Counted from the first letter of the stretch, positions 48,660-60,382 are shown. The stretch: 64,000 bases of DNA from an uncultured Spirochaetota bacterium (GCA_963781885.1 CAWAHW010000002.1:1312001-1376000), one strand, 5' to 3'. Numbers and translations are program-made. The notes: generated by a model not told the origin, from the sequence alone.

Positions 48660-50874
48660 GCGCCCCCTCGTCGTGGCGCGCCTCCTCGAGGTCGCACGGC
48701 GCATGCGTCTGGAGCGCTGGACGGTCATTGCCGTGAGCATCTCCTTCGTCGTGGCGCTGGCCATCATCCTCGTGACGACGGAGTTTCGAAGCTTGTCCCT
48801 GCGCGCCGCCGGCGCCTCCTGGACCGCGGGGGGGGTCGCGGAGAAGGATTATGTCGTCGAGAAGGACTACCAGTACGTGGATGAGAATGCCACGCAGGAC
48901 AGGCGCGAAGCGCAGGCCACCCTCGTGCCTCCCGTTTTCACGCTGAACGCGGTCACGAGCGCGACGATCCTGGCGACCTTCGACCGGTTCGGCCAGATCC
49001 TGCTCCGCACGATCCGTGAAGGCTCGTCGGCGGAGAAGGTGTTCCTCTCGGTGCAGGTGGAGTTTCCCGACCGCATCTCGCGCGCCGACCTGCGCCAGAT
49101 CCTCTCCCCGCCGGACGTCGCGCAGACGCTGCAGCAGAGCCGGGACCTGCTCGATGCGACTCTCGCGCGCGGCATCACGGACCTCCTCGCGCATCGCGAC
49201 GAGGCGGCGGCGGCGGGGGCGATAGAGATCCGTCGCTTCCAGGACGGTCGGCTGCAGTCGGAAGAGGTCCCCTTCGAGCAGATCGTGACGCGGGAAAACA
49301 TCGTCCCGCAGATCCAGGACCATTTGCCGACCACGACGGCCGGAGATGGCACGCGCCGCGCGATGACGATCCTCGTGCGCGCCTTCGCCGCGGAGAACGC
49401 CTTCTACGACGCCGACAGCACGCTCATGCATCGAAACCGCGCCCGGGCGGAGGTTGACCTCGTGACGGAAAAGCTGTCGCGCGGCCAGGTGCTGGTCCGT
49501 CGCGGGGACCTCATCAGCGACGCCACGGCCCGCAAGATCCGCGCCCTCAACGACTACACGCGCACCGTGGATATCAACGGCATCGTCGGCACGACGCTTT
49601 TCCTCGCGGTGATATTCGGCCTCTCCCTCTATCTCCTTTCGATGAAGACGCCGCCGGTCCCGCTGCGGCGCGGCCATATCCTGCTCCTGCTTTCGGTGGG
49701 CCTGGGCTATCTTGCCGTGAGCGCCCTTGTGGTGCGCTTTGCGGCACTGCCCGAATGGATGCCGGTCTCCATCGCCATCCCGACCAGCAGCATGGCCATG
49801 CTCGCGACCATCCTCGTGTCGACACCGGTGGGTGTGTTTTTCTCGCTGTTTGCATCGCTCGCCCTTCTGCTGCTCACCGGCATGGGCGTCCAGGGCTTCC
49901 TTTTCGCCTTCCTGAGCGGCATCGCGGCGACGGCCGTCGTCCTGAACGCGGAAAAGCGCATCGATCTGATACGCGCGGGGCTCATCCTCTCCCTTGCCGA
50001 CATCCTGATCCTCCTGATCGTCGGCCTCCTGGGCAACTACGATTCGCGCATGATCCTGAGCCTCATGGGGTGGGGGCTTGCCAACGGCTTTTTCTGCGGC
50101 ATCCTCACGCTGGGCTTCCTGCCCATATTCGAGCTGATGCTGAATGCGCCCACGCGATTCAAGCTCATGGAGCTTTCGGACCTGAACTCGCCGATATTCA
50201 AACGCATGCTTTCCCAGGCGCCCGGCACCTACACCCACTCCATCAGCGTCGCCAATCTCGCGGAAACCGCGTGCGAGGCGATCGGCGCCAATGCGCTCCT
50301 GGCGCGCGTGAGCGCCTATTACCACGACATCGGGAAGGTCGACCAGGCCGACTATTTCGTGGAAAACCAGAAGGCCTATAACCGGCACGACCAGATGAGG
50401 CCGAGCCTTTCCGTGGCCGTGATCAAGAGCCACGTGCGCATCGGCATCGAGAAAGCGCAGGAGCTGAATCTTCCCCAGGCGATCATCGACATCATTGCGC
50501 AGCACCACGGCCGCGGTCTGATCACCTTCTTTTACCAGCGGGCGGTCAAGGAGGGAAAAAACCCGCGCCTTTCCCGCGACGACTACTCCTACCCCGGCGC
50601 ACGGCCGAAGACGAAGGAGGCGGCGGTCCTCATGCTCGCCGACACCGTGGAGGCAGCGTCGCGCACCCTGAAAAAACCCACCGAGGCGCGTCTGGAAAGC
50701 TTCGTCCAGGACATGATCATGGAAAAGTTCACCTCGGGCGAGCTGGGGGATTCCAGCCTCACCCTGCGGGACCTCGAGCTCATCCGCAAGAGCTTCGTGC
50801 ACATCCTGGAGGGCTATTTCCATACGCGCATCGAATACCCAAAGCTCGCGCGTCCCCGGGAAAACGACTCATGA
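48649..50874 (+). CDS. 7TM-HD phosphohydrolase (PgpH-like, candidate c-di-AMP phosphodiesterase)
   Basis: Extracytoplasmic domain, TM bundle, APGTYTHS, YYHDIGK, QHHG, ADTVEAASR. Confidence 0.9.
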   Translation: MKNRRPLVVARLLEVARRMRLERWTVIAVSISFVVALAIILVTTEFRSLSLRAAGASWTAGGVAEKDYVVEKDYQYVDENATQDRREAQATLVPPVFTLNAVTSATILATFDRFGQILLRTIREGSSAEKVFLSVQVEFPDRISRADLRQILSPPDVAQTLQQSRDLLDATLARGITDLLAHRDEAAAAGAIEIRRFQDGRLQSEEVPFEQIVTRENIVPQIQDHLPTTTAGDGTRRAMTILVRAFAAENAFYDADSTLMHRNRARAEVDLVTEKLSRGQVLVRRGDLISDATARKIRALNDYTRTVDINGIVGTTLFLAVIFGLSLYLLSMKTPPVPLRRGHILLLLSVGLGYLAVSALVVRFAALPEWMPVSIAIPTSSMAMLATILVSTPVGVFFSLFASLALLLLTGMGVQGFLFAFLSGIAATAVVLNAEKRIDLIRAGLILSLADILILLIVGLLGNYDSRMILSLMGWGLANGFFCGILTLGFLPIFELMLNAPTRFKLMELSDLNSPIFKRMLSQAPGTYTHSISVANLAETACEAIGANALLARVSAYYHDIGKVDQADYFVENQKAYNRHDQMRPSLSVAVIKSHVRIGIEKAQELNLPQAIIDIIAQHHGRGLITFFYQRAVKEGKNPRLSRDDYSYPGARPKTKEAAVLMLADTVEAASRTLKKPTEARLESFVQDMIMEKFTSGELGDSSLTLRDLELIRKSFVHILEGYFHTRIEYPKLARPRENDS

Positions 50875-51326
50875 GCGCGCGGGTCCGCTCGGTGGAGGTG
50901 GTCGTGGAGGGGGTCCCTGCGCCCCGGTGGCGTGTGGCCGTGGGTCGGTTCTGCGCGGCGATCCTCGCGGAGGCAGGCTATGATGCCTGGGAGGTTGCCG
51001 TGCTGCTCTGCGGCGACGAGCGGATCGCTGAGCTGAACGGCAGGTACCGCGGCAAGAGCGGGCCCACCGACGTGCTCTCGTTCCCGCGCGAAGAAACACC
51101 CACCGCGGGGCGCGTCACCGGTGACGTCGCGATTTCCCTTCCGATGCTCCGCCGCAATGCCGCCTCTTTCGGCGTGGGCGAGGACGAGGAGTTGAAACGA
51201 CTGCTCGCGCACGGCATGCTCCATCTGGCGGGCATGGATCACGGTCGCGGCCGGGGCGGGGCGATGCTCGCCCTCCAGGAAAAGCTCCTGGAGCGCACGC
51301 GCGCCGTCCACATCATGGCGGAGTGA
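50871..51326 (+). CDS. ybeY: rRNA maturation factor YbeY
   Basis: LNGRYRGKSGPTDVLSF, HGMLHLAGMDH. Confidence 0.95.
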   Translation: MSARVRSVEVVVEGVPAPRWRVAVGRFCAAILAEAGYDAWEVAVLLCGDERIAELNGRYRGKSGPTDVLSFPREETPTAGRVTGDVAISLPMLRRNAASFGVGEDEELKRLLAHGMLHLAGMDHGRGRGGAMLALQEKLLERTRAVHIMAE

Positions 51327-51333
51327 AGGCACG

Positions 51334-53316
51334 ATGAAAACGTATCGGTGCACCATTGTCGCGGGCTGCCTCGTGCTGCTTCTGGCCGGCGGAGGATCGC
51401 TCGCGGCGGATGCCCGCAGCGCGTACCTGGACGGGGTTGCCGCCCAGGGAACGGAGGACTTCGAGCTCGCCGTCGAGAAGTACAAGGAAGCGCTTTCACT
51501 CAACCCGGTGTACCTCGAGCCGCTTGTCGGCCTTGCAGAGGCCTTCCTGGAGCTCGAGGAGTACGACGAAGCGCTCACATTCGTGACAAAGGCGCGGACG
51601 CTGGACAGGAACAATCCCGACCTCGCGGTGCTGGAAGGCCGGATCCGTATCGGGCTTTCCGACGTGCCGACGGCGCGATCCCTTTTTTCCCAAGTGCTCA
51701 CCCGACAGCCGAACAATGTCGAAGCGCAGCTGGGCATGGCGGAGGCGTCCATTGCCGAGGGAAAGCCGCGCAATGCCCTGACGCAATACCAACAGACGCT
51801 GACGCTCGCCCCGGAGAGCACGAAGGCCCTCCTGTCCATCGCCATGCTCTATGACGAGACGGGGGACGAGGCGAGCGCCGGCACCTACTACGAGCTCGCG
51901 CTGAAAAGCCATGCCTCGGACGCCCACGTGCAGCTCGCCGCCGCCTCCTGGTATGCGACCCAGGGAAATCTGGCGATGGCGGAGAAGCACGCGCAGACGG
52001 CCCTTTCCCTGAAGCCCGGGTGGGATCAGGCGCAGATCGCCCTGGGGGGCATCTTCCTGGCGGAGACGCGCTACCCCGACGCTATTTCGACGCTGCATGA
52101 CGTCGTGACGACGAACCGTGACGACGCCGGTGCCTGGTACTCGCTGGGGCTCGCCTACAGGAAGTCCGGAGACCCCGCAAAGGCAATCGCGAGCTTCGGC
52201 TCCGCGCTGCACGCACGGCCGGACGACGAGGTGGCGCGCATTGCACAGGAAAACACGGCCATCGAATCGTTGCCCATGGACGACCCGCAACGAAAGAGCA
52301 TGGGGGCATTCCACCTCGCGCAGGGCAAGGCTTTCGAGGACCGCAGCTTCCTGGAAAAGGCGCTGGCGGAATATCGACGGGCCCTCATCCTCGACCCTAC
52401 GTCGCGGGACGCGCGGGTCGCCTATGCCCGCATCTACAAGAGCCTGGGTTTCCCCGCCAAGTACCTGAGCGAGCTGCAGGTGCTTGCGAAGCTCGGCGTG
52501 AACGATACATTCGTGTCGGACGAGATCGAGCGCCTGACGAGCCAGCTCGCGGATTCGGTCTCCCGCGCCTGGGGATACGACCAGTACAACCTGGACCGCA
52601 CCCGCTACACGGTTCCCGTCTTCACCATCGCGTCGAAAAATCGGCTGCGGCACGCGCTCGCCAGCGACGACCTTGCCCGTTCCTTCGCCTCCCTCCTGGG
52701 CCGCTACGACGCGCTCACGGCACCCGATGCGCCGCCGGCGGTGACCGGCTTCGACCAGGCGTTTCGCGCGGCGCGCACGGCGGGTGACGACTACTTCGCC
52801 ATTCTCACGATCGACGAGGCGGACAGGAGCTTTTCCGCGACCGTGGACCTTTATCTTGCGCGCACCGGCGGACGCATCGCAAGCTTCGCGGCGTTCCGCA
52901 CGGGGAACGACCGGGTCCGCGATGCGCTGATGAAGCTGGCCGGCCAGATCGCCGACTTGATGGCGCCGCGCGGAAACCTGCTCGTCCGCAAGTTCGCGCA
53001 GGGTGCCATCGACCTGGGCACGTTCCAGGGCCTGAAGAATGGCGATTCGCTTGTGATCGTGCGAAAGGGCGGGGTGCGTCTCCAGGCGGACGCGCCGGGC
53101 ATCACCTATGACGAAAAGGACGTGGCAGGGGATTTCAAGGTGACCGCGGTCGACGAGGCGGTTTCCGAGGGCACGGTGTCCTACCGTGGATACTTCGACT
53201 ACGTCAATGCCGGCGACCAGGTCGTCTTTGCGGTGAAGCGCGCCCCCCCGCCGGTCGTCGCCCCGGCCGAGCGGACGGGAAACATCCTGACGCGGCTTTT
53301 CCGCATCGGAGGTTGA
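51334..53316 (+). CDS. Secreted tetratricopeptide repeat protein
   Basis: Signal peptide; multiple TPR-like helical repeats. Confidence 0.85.
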   Translation: MKTYRCTIVAGCLVLLLAGGGSLAADARSAYLDGVAAQGTEDFELAVEKYKEALSLNPVYLEPLVGLAEAFLELEEYDEALTFVTKARTLDRNNPDLAVLEGRIRIGLSDVPTARSLFSQVLTRQPNNVEAQLGMAEASIAEGKPRNALTQYQQTLTLAPESTKALLSIAMLYDETGDEASAGTYYELALKSHASDAHVQLAAASWYATQGNLAMAEKHAQTALSLKPGWDQAQIALGGIFLAETRYPDAISTLHDVVTTNRDDAGAWYSLGLAYRKSGDPAKAIASFGSALHARPDDEVARIAQENTAIESLPMDDPQRKSMGAFHLAQGKAFEDRSFLEKALAEYRRALILDPTSRDARVAYARIYKSLGFPAKYLSELQVLAKLGVNDTFVSDEIERLTSQLADSVSRAWGYDQYNLDRTRYTVPVFTIASKNRLRHALASDDLARSFASLLGRYDALTAPDAPPAVTGFDQAFRAARTAGDDYFAILTIDEADRSFSATVDLYLARTGGRIASFAAFRTGNDRVRDALMKLAGQIADLMAPRGNLLVRKFAQGAIDLGTFQGLKNGDSLVIVRKGGVRLQADAPGITYDEKDVAGDFKVTAVDEAVSEGTVSYRGYFDYVNAGDQVVFAVKRAPPPVVAPAERTGNILTRLFRIGG

Positions 53317-53360
53317 AGGGCGCGCCCGACCCGGCGGCAGGGATCGGCGGAGCACCCGCG

Positions 53361-53389
53361 TTGACACGCCCGGGGCTTTCCCGTATATT
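53361..53389 (+). promoter_or_regulatory. sigma70-type promoter of the pgk operon
   Basis: TTGACA-N17-TATATT. Confidence 0.75.
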
Positions 53390-53458
53390 TTTCACGATTT
53401 CGCCAAAAACCCCCGCACCGTGGACTGCGATCCGATCGCACGTGCAAGGAGAATATGC

Positions 53459-54640
53459 ATGGCCAAGAAGACCGTTCGCGACGTGGACTTGAGAAACAAG
53501 CGCGTGCTCGTGCGCGTGGACTTCAACGTGCCCCTGAAGGACGGAAAGATCACGGATGACACGCGCATCACCGCTGCGCTGCCCACCCTCACGTACGTGC
53601 TGGACCAGAAAGGCGCGATGCTCATCCTCATGAGCCACCTGGGAAGGCCGAAAAAGCCCGATACGGAGAACAGCCTTGCGCCGGTGGCCGTCCGGCTCTC
53701 CGAGCTGCTCGGCCGGAAGGTGACGCTCGCCCCGGATTGCGTGGGGCCCGCGGCTGAGGCGGTCGTCAAGGCAATGAAGGCCGGCGATGTGGTGCTCCTG
53801 GAAAACGTGCGCTTCCACCCCGAGGAGGAGAAGAACGACCCCGGCTTCGCGCGGCAGCTCGCCTCGCTGGGGGACGTCTACGTCAACGATGCATTCGGCA
53901 CGGCGCACCGCGCCCACGCCTCCACGGAAGGCGTGGCGAAGATTCTGCCGGGCGTTGCCGGCTTCCTCATGGAAAAAGAGATCAAGTTCCTCGGCGGCGT
54001 GTTCGAGAAGCCCGCCCGCCCGTTTGTCGCGATCATCGGCGGGGCGAAGGTTTCCACGAAGATCGCCGTGCTCGAGTCCCTCCTGCCGCGCGTGAACACG
54101 ATGATCATCGGCGGCGGCATGTCGTTTACGTTCAGCAAGATGCAGGGCCATTCCATCGGAAAATCGATGGTGGAGGCGGATTTCCTCGACACGGCAAAAA
54201 TCTTCTTGGAAAAGGCCAAAAAGGCCGGTGTCGAGATACTCCTCCCGGTGGATCACTTGGTGGCCTCGGAGTTTGTCGAGACGGCCACGTCGGAGCTCGT
54301 GGACAGCGTTGATGTCCCCGACGGAAAGATTGCGATGGATATTGGTCCGAAGACGGTGGCGCTTTTCCGCGGACGCATCCAGAAGGCGAAAACAGTGCTC
54401 TGGAACGGGCCCATGGGCGTGTTCGAGTTCCCCGCATTCGCAAAGGGAACGCAGGACATCGCGCGCGCAGTCGCCGATTGCAAGGGAACAACGGTCGTCG
54501 GAGGCGGGGATTCCGTGGCGGCCGTCAACCAGTTCGGCCTGGCGGCAAAGATCACGCACGTCTCCACGGGCGGCGGCGCCTCGCTCGAGCTCCTGGAAGG
54601 CAAGCAGCTTCCCGGCGTCGTGGCACTCCAGGACAGGTAG
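53459..54640 (+). CDS. pgk: Phosphoglycerate kinase
   Basis: [44 protein letters not shown]. Confidence 0.98.
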   Translation: MAKKTVRDVDLRNKRVLVRVDFNVPLKDGKITDDTRITAALPTLTYVLDQKGAMLILMSHLGRPKKPDTENSLAPVAVRLSELLGRKVTLAPDCVGPAAEAVVKAMKAGDVVLLENVRFHPEEEKNDPGFARQLASLGDVYVNDAFGTAHRAHASTEGVAKILPGVAGFLMEKEIKFLGGVFEKPARPFVAIIGGAKVSTKIAVLESLLPRVNTMIIGGGMSFTFSKMQGHSIGKSMVEADFLDTAKIFLEKAKKAGVEILLPVDHLVASEFVETATSELVDSVDVPDGKIAMDIGPKTVALFRGRIQKAKTVLWNGPMGVFEFPAFAKGTQDIARAVADCKGTTVVGGGDSVAAVNQFGLAAKITHVSTGGGASLELLEGKQLPGVVALQDR

Positions 54641-54647
54641 GAAAGAG

Positions 54648-55403
54648 ATGCGCCAACCCTATATCGCCGGCAATTGGAAGATGTATAAAACCGTCTCCGA
54701 AGCCACCGCTCTCGCGGGCGCCCTGGTTGCCGCCGTCGGCAAAGACACGGGCAGGAAGATGATGATTGCGCCTCCCTTTACCGCGCTGCATGCGGTGCGC
54801 GACGTCCTGAAAGGCTCGAAAATCCTGCTGGGCGCGCAGAATGCGTGCGCCGAGCTGGAAGGCGCTCATACCGGGGAAGTCTCCCTGCGCATGCTTCGCG
54901 ATGCCGGCGTGACGGTCGTGATACTCGGCCATTCGGAGCGCCGCCACGTCTATGGAGAGACGGACGCCCTGGTGAACCGAAAGGTGAAGCTTGCCCTCAC
55001 GGAAGGTTTCGAGGTCATCCTCTGCGTCGGTGAAACCCTCGATGAGCGGCAGAAGGGCGTGACGGAAAAGGTCGTGGAAAGCCAGACGCGCGAAGGCCTC
55101 GCGGCCGTCGCCGAAAGGGACCTGGGCAGGGTCACCATCGCCTACGAGCCCGTGTGGGCAATCGGAACGGGAAAGAATGCAACGCCGCAGGACGCGGACG
55201 CGGTGCATCGATTCATCCGGACGGTCATCTCCCAGATGTACGGGGCGGAGGCGGCGCAGGCGCTCACGATACAGTACGGCGGCTCCGTGAAACCGGACAA
55301 TGTCCGCGATCTCATGAAGATGGAGAATATCGACGGCGCGCTGGTCGGCGGGGCGTCCCTCAAGCCGGAAACATTCCTGCCCATCGTGCAATTCGATCGA
55401 TAA
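54648..55403 (+). CDS. tpiA: Triosephosphate isomerase
   Basis: [35 protein letters not shown]. Confidence 0.98.
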   Translation: MRQPYIAGNWKMYKTVSEATALAGALVAAVGKDTGRKMMIAPPFTALHAVRDVLKGSKILLGAQNACAELEGAHTGEVSLRMLRDAGVTVVILGHSERRHVYGETDALVNRKVKLALTEGFEVILCVGETLDERQKGVTEKVVESQTREGLAAVAERDLGRVTIAYEPVWAIGTGKNATPQDADAVHRFIRTVISQMYGAEAAQALTIQYGGSVKPDNVRDLMKMENIDGALVGGASLKPETFLPIVQFDR

Positions 55404-55416
55404 GGGGGTTCGACAC

Positions 55417-55926
55417 ATGGGTGTCATCGGAATCGTGCTTCTTGTCATCCTCATCATCAGCGCAATCCTGCTGGTCCTCGTCGTGCTCGTGCAGGACGAC
55501 CAGGGCGAAGGCATCGGCGGCATATTCGGCGGCGGCAGCAATACCGCCTTCGGTTCGCGCTCGGGAAACGTGCTCACGCGATTCACGTCCGTGCTCGCTG
55601 CCATTTTCCTCATCTGCTGCTTCGGCGTCGCGTGGGTGAACAGGGCGCCGACCACGGGGAACGTCCTGAGCAAGGCGCGCCAGCAGGCGCTCAGCAATAC
55701 CACCCAGCAGAGCTGGTACCAGCAGACCACGACCACCGGCTCCACCGTGACCCCCGCCGGCACGCCGGTCTCGAGCACCACGACGCCCGCGGCGACAACG
55801 CCGGCATCCGGCAGCGCGACGGCCCCTGCTGCCGCGGCAAAGCCGGCGCCCGCGGGCGGCGCCACCGCGCCCGCTCCCGCAGTACCCGCGCCCTCAGCCG
55901 GCGGCACCGGCAAGGGAGGCCAGTAG
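55417..55926 (+). CDS. secG: Preprotein translocase subunit SecG with a long Thr/Ala/Pro tail
   Basis: VLVQ...GIGGIFGGGS...FG...NVLTRFT. Confidence 0.9.
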   Translation: MGVIGIVLLVILIISAILLVLVVLVQDDQGEGIGGIFGGGSNTAFGSRSGNVLTRFTSVLAAIFLICCFGVAWVNRAPTTGNVLSKARQQALSNTTQQSWYQQTTTTGSTVTPAGTPVSSTTTPAATTPASGSATAPAAAAKPAPAGGATAPAPAVPAPSAGGTGKGGQ

Positions 55927-55927
55927 G

Positions 55928-56410
55928 GTGCCATTGCTCCTGCAAGAGCTTTTCGTTCCGGGCCGGATCAAGTGCCATCTCGAGTCTGAAGACAAGGCCG
56001 AAGCCTTTGAAGAGCTCGTGGACCTCCTGGTCACGCACTATGGGCTGGATTGCCGCGACGAGATCCTGGATGCCATCAACAGGCGCGAGGCCAAGATGTC
56101 CACGGGGATCAAGAGGGGAATCGCCATCCCGCACGCCAAGACGTCGTTCACCCGCGGCGTGATCGGCGTGCTGGGAATTTCCGACCGCGGAATCGACTAC
56201 GAATCGATGGACGGCGAGCCGGTGCGTCTGCTTTTCCTGCTCGTGAGCTCCGACGAGGATGCGGCGACGCATCTGGCCGTTCTGAAAAAGATCGCTCTCC
56301 TGGTGGAAAGCCCGGAGTTCTATGCCGAGGTCTGCGCGGCGGCGGATGCGGAAACGGTCCACCGCATCATCCGCTCGTATGAAGAAATCCTCGACGGGCA
56401 GGACGAGTAG
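55928..56410 (+). CDS. PTS EIIA (fructose/nitrogen type) domain protein
   Basis: REAKMSTGIKRGIAIPHAK. Confidence 0.9.
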   Translation: MPLLLQELFVPGRIKCHLESEDKAEAFEELVDLLVTHYGLDCRDEILDAINRREAKMSTGIKRGIAIPHAKTSFTRGVIGVLGISDRGIDYESMDGEPVRLLFLLVSSDEDAATHLAVLKKIALLVESPEFYAEVCAAADAETVHRIIRSYEEILDGQDE

Positions 56411-56442
56411 CCCCGGGCGCTTGCGGAAGGAACAGGTACACG

Positions 56443-56748
56443 ATGGCAGACATGCTTGAAAAGCTCCTCGGCGTTGAAAAAGGCGCTGCATCCCTGATCA
56501 CCGACGCTGAGGCGGAAGTCGCGCGCAAGACGGCGCAGGCGCGCATGGACGCGCAGAAAGAATCGGCCTCCGCCTTGAAGGAAAAGGCGGCCGAAATGGA
56601 GCGCTCCGTCATCGCGGAAAAGGCGAGCCTTGCCGCGGAGCGCGCGGCAAAGACGGCGGCGTACCGTGAATCGCTTGCCAAGCGCGCCCCCGACGAGCAG
56701 GCATTCCGGCGGGCGGCGCTGGGCTTCATCGACAAAGGCGCGACATGA
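56443..56748 (+). CDS. V/A-type ATP synthase subunit G/H (peripheral stalk)
   Basis: Ala/Glu/Lys coiled coil; first gene of the ATPase cluster. Confidence 0.65.
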   Translation: MADMLEKLLGVEKGAASLITDAEAEVARKTAQARMDAQKESASALKEKAAEMERSVIAEKASLAAERAAKTAAYRESLAKRAPDEQAFRRAALGFIDKGAT

Positions 56749-57740
56749 GCCGTGCTTCCCGCTACGGGTTCATCCTCGCGAAGGTCTACGGGATCATGGC
56801 CCGTTCCTTCGTCGGGAAGAACTTCCAGGACCTCCTTCGGCTGAAGAAGCTTTCCGAGCTGCACGACACTCTTTTTCCCGGGGAAAAGCCTGCCGGGGCC
56901 GAGCAGCCCGTCGCGGAGGACCTGGAGCTCCGTATCGTGCAGGCCGGCATCGATGCGATGACGTACGTGCTGGATTTCCTCGGCGAACCGGTGGAAATAC
57001 TGGTCCACGTGCTGCGCAGGCTGGAGTACCAGAACGTGAAGACGATCATCCGTCGTCTTCGCGGCGGATCGACGGAGGGCATGCATCTCTGGGATCTGGG
57101 AGAATACGCGGGTCTGCGCCTGGACGGCGTCAAGGATTACGAAAAGGCCCTGAAGGCAAGCCCTTACGCGTGGGTTCTTCCCCGGCTCGCAGAGACGTCG
57201 ATCGCGCAGGCGGAAAACGCCCTTGACCTTGACTACTATGCGCGATTCCTCAGCCTGGCCGAACGGCTTCCCACTCGTGACCGGACGGGCATCCTCCGGC
57301 TCGTGCACCAGGAAGCGGCGCTTGCAAACGTGATCTGGGCGCTGCGCCTGAGGTTCTATTTCGGCATGGATGAAGTCCGGGCCCGTCCGATGCTGATACC
57401 GGGGCTATCCTCCGCGCAGAAAGCGGCTGTTTCGCAGGTGTTTCAGATCGCCCCGGATGCCATCGAGGACTGGCGCAAGTGGAAGTACGGCTGGCTCCTT
57501 GAAGACCAGCTTGCGGAATCCTTCCAGGCGCCGAACCCGCTGCGCGCCGAGCAGAAGGCCGCCGGGATGCTCTCCACACGGGCTCACCAGATCTTTCACC
57601 AGAGCCCCTTCACGCTCTGTCCCCTCGTGGCGTATTTCAAGCTGAAGGAATACGAGATCGCTCTCCTGAAGACCGCCGTGGAAGCGCTCCATTTTTCCCT
57701 GCCGGAGCAGGAGGTCCTGGCCATGGTGGGGGCTTCCTGA
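56745..57740 (+). CDS. ntpC: V/A-type ATP synthase subunit C (d)
   Basis: YGFILAKV, LEYQNVKTII, LDLDYY, VAYFKLKEYE. Confidence 0.8.
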   Translation: MSRASRYGFILAKVYGIMARSFVGKNFQDLLRLKKLSELHDTLFPGEKPAGAEQPVAEDLELRIVQAGIDAMTYVLDFLGEPVEILVHVLRRLEYQNVKTIIRRLRGGSTEGMHLWDLGEYAGLRLDGVKDYEKALKASPYAWVLPRLAETSIAQAENALDLDYYARFLSLAERLPTRDRTGILRLVHQEAALANVIWALRLRFYFGMDEVRARPMLIPGLSSAQKAAVSQVFQIAPDAIEDWRKWKYGWLLEDQLAESFQAPNPLRAEQKAAGMLSTRAHQIFHQSPFTLCPLVAYFKLKEYEIALLKTAVEALHFSLPEQEVLAMVGAS

Positions 57741-59737
57741 TGCTGTTCACCGAGCGCATGAAGAAGATCGAGCTCCTCATCATGAAGAGCGACACGGATG
57801 CCGTGATGCGCTATCTGGGTTTCGCCGGCTGCGTGCAGATGATCGCAGAGGGCCGCGAGCAGCACGACCTGTCGGCTGAGGAGCGCGATATCGCCGAGCT
57901 CAAGGTGCGGCTCTCCGCGCTCGCGCGTTTCCTCGGTATCGACGAGACGGTCCCCGGGGAAGGAGAGGTGAGGGAAGCGCCCGGCCGCGACGAGCTTCGC
58001 GCCCGGTCGGAAGCGCTCATCGAGTCGGCGCGGGTGCTCGTGGAAGAGGAGAGCCGTCTCCTGCAGCGCAAGCTGGAGCTGAAGCAGACGACAGACGAGC
58101 TTTCGACGTTCGTGCACGTGAAGGTGCCCTTTTCCCAGATGACGAATCTCGCCTACCTCGTGGTGCGCGTCGGATCCGTCGCACCGGATCGCCTGCAAGG
58201 TCTCACGGCGCGCCTGGCGCGGCGGGCGCTGATCCTGCCGCTGGACAAGCCGGGTCATTTCATCGCGGTGACGCCGAAGAAGGGCCGGTGGGCGCTGGAT
58301 TCCGAGCTTGCCCGCGTGGAGTTCCAGGCCGCCCAGTTTCCGGCCGGCATGACCGGTGTGCCGTCTGACATGCTCGCCGCGCTCGCGGCGGAAAGCGACA
58401 GCGTGCAGGCCTCGTTGAAAGCGCTCGACGCGCGCAAGGCCGCGATCCGCGACGAAAAAGGCGGCGAGCTTTCCTACCTCCTGGCGCAGCTCGACCTCGA
58501 TTCCACGATCGACGCCGTCACGCAGGGCCTCGCGTCCACCGGGAGCGTGCAAAGGATCACCGGCTGGATTCCGACGCGCCGGTTCTCCGAGGTGACGGAA
58601 GGGATCGCAGAGCTCACGCAGGGGAGAATTGCGCTTCGCTCCTACGACCCCGAGGAGCTGCCGGAGGTGAAGGCGGGCAAAACCAAGGTCCCCGTCTCCA
58701 CGCCTCACGGCCCCGTGACGCGGTCTTTCGAGCGCATGGTGTTCACGTACAGCATCCCCCTGTACGGCACGGTCGATCCGACCCCCTTCGTCGCGGTGAT
58801 GTTCGTGCTGCTTTTCGCCATCATGTTCGGCGACGTCGGCCAGGGATTTGTCGGCGTGGTCATCGGGCTCCTCATCAACAGCGGCCGCATCGCCTCGTTC
58901 CAGACGTATCGGAAGAAGCATTTCGGCACGGCCTTCATCGCCGCGGGGCTCGCCTCCATGGTGAGCGGCTTTTTCTACGGCTCCTTTTTCGCCTCCGAGC
59001 ATTTCCTGGAGCCTGCCTCCCGCTTCGTGACGCAGCTCGTCGTCGGACGGCCCATCGATCACATCATCTCCCTCCAGGGCTTTCAGAAAATTGTTCTCTT
59101 CTTCGGCGTGACCATTGGCATAGGGGCCATCATCAACACGATTGGTCTCATCATCAACCTCATTAACACGATCAAGCGCCGGGAATGGGAAAAGGCGATC
59201 CTGTCGAAGACCGGGCTCGCGGGCGCCGTCTTCTTCTGGTACGTGCTCTCCGTGGTCATCCGGATCCTGCTGGGCGGCCATATCTCGATCGTCGACTTCG
59301 TCGTGCTGGCCGTTCCCCTTCTTGCGCTGTTCTTCAAGGATCCCATCGTACGTCTGGTGGAGGGTCATCGCCCCATCCTGACCGAAGGGCTCTTTGCCTT
59401 CATCATGGGTGGGATTGCGGAGATCCTGGAGTCGGCAATCTATTACGTGTCGAACTCCGTCTCTTTCCTGCGCGTGGCGGCATTCGCCCTTGCCCACACG
59501 GTGCTCAGCACGATCATCTTCCTCATGGCTGACATGGTGGGCGGTGCGCCGGGCGGCATCGCGTTCAAGATACTCGTCATCCTGATCGGCAACAGCATCA
59601 TCATCGTGCTGGAAGGCTTGATCGTGACGATCCAGGTCGTGCGGCTCCAGTACTACGAGTTCTTTTCCAAGTTCTTCAATGAGTCGGGGGAGGAGTTCTC
59701 CCCGTTCATTCTGCGTCCATCGGGAGGTGTGAGGTGA
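57740..59737 (+). CDS. ntpI: V/A-type ATP synthase subunit I (a)
   Basis: DPTPF...MFGDVGQG, SNSVSFLRVAAFALAH, IQVVRLQYYEFFSKF. Confidence 0.95.
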   Translation: MLFTERMKKIELLIMKSDTDAVMRYLGFAGCVQMIAEGREQHDLSAEERDIAELKVRLSALARFLGIDETVPGEGEVREAPGRDELRARSEALIESARVLVEEESRLLQRKLELKQTTDELSTFVHVKVPFSQMTNLAYLVVRVGSVAPDRLQGLTARLARRALILPLDKPGHFIAVTPKKGRWALDSELARVEFQAAQFPAGMTGVPSDMLAALAAESDSVQASLKALDARKAAIRDEKGGELSYLLAQLDLDSTIDAVTQGLASTGSVQRITGWIPTRRFSEVTEGIAELTQGRIALRSYDPEELPEVKAGKTKVPVSTPHGPVTRSFERMVFTYSIPLYGTVDPTPFVAVMFVLLFAIMFGDVGQGFVGVVIGLLINSGRIASFQTYRKKHFGTAFIAAGLASMVSGFFYGSFFASEHFLEPASRFVTQLVVGRPIDHIISLQGFQKIVLFFGVTIGIGAIINTIGLIINLINTIKRREWEKAILSKTGLAGAVFFWYVLSVVIRILLGGHISIVDFVVLAVPLLALFFKDPIVRLVEGHRPILTEGLFAFIMGGIAEILESAIYYVSNSVSFLRVAAFALAHTVLSTIIFLMADMVGGAPGGIAFKILVILIGNSIIIVLEGLIVTIQVVRLQYYEFFSKFFNESGEEFSPFILRPSGGVR

Positions 59738-60033
59738 AGAAAACTTTCCTGGTCTCCGTCGGGCTCATGCTGGTCGCCGGCGTGCCCATGCTCTTCGCGC
59801 AGGCGGCCGCACCGGCGGCGTCGGGGTCGGTGATCAAGTACATCGCGGCGGCCGTCGCCGTGGGTCTTGCCTGTCTCGGCGGCGGCATCGCGGTCGGCCA
59901 GATCGGCGCCGCGGCAATGGCGGCCATGTCGGAGAACCCCGAGCTGTCCGGTCGCGCCATCCCCTTTGTCGGGCTGGCCGAGGGAATCTGTCTCTGGGGC
60001 TTCATCGTGGCCCTGATGATCCTCTCCGCATAG
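59734..60033 (+). CDS. ntpK: V/A-type ATP synthase subunit K (c), single hairpin with an N-terminal leader
   Basis: GGGIAVGQIG...ENPE...GLAEGICLWG. Confidence 0.9.
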   Translation: MKKTFLVSVGLMLVAGVPMLFAQAAAPAASGSVIKYIAAAVAVGLACLGGGIAVGQIGAAAMAAMSENPELSGRAIPFVGLAEGICLWGFIVALMILSA

Positions 60034-60049
60034 AGGGAGGCGAGCCCGC

Positions 60050-60355
60050 GTGGCTTTCCATTTCATCGGGGGTGAGGAGCTTGCCATCGGATTCCGGTTC
60101 GTCGGCATCGCGGGAACCGTGGTGCGGACAGCGGAAGAGGCGCGCGCCGCGTTCACGGCCGTGACGCGCGATCCTGACGCCAAGGTCATGATCCTCACGG
60201 AGCAGATCTCCGCGATGATCCCCTCCGAGGTGATGGCGTGGCAGCTGAGCGGGGCGTATCCGCTCATCGTGGAGATACCCGACATCGGGGGCCACGAGGA
60301 GAATCGCACGAGCCTCATCGACTCGATCCGGGACGCCGTGGGACTCCACGTGTAG
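60050..60355 (+). CDS. ntpF: V/A-type ATP synthase subunit F
   Basis: IGGEELAIGFRFVGI, PLIVEIP, IRDAVG. Confidence 0.9.
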   Translation: MAFHFIGGEELAIGFRFVGIAGTVVRTAEEARAAFTAVTRDPDAKVMILTEQISAMIPSEVMAWQLSGAYPLIVEIPDIGGHEENRTSLIDSIRDAVGLHV

Positions 60356-60382
60356 GGTTCCCGCCGAAGGGAGAACTGCGGA

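Noticed and set aside
54228-55403. Pgk-TpiA fusion or extended TpiA
   Set aside because: pgk ends with TAG at 54640 and tpiA has its own ATG at 54648; the upstream extension is an off-frame overlap.
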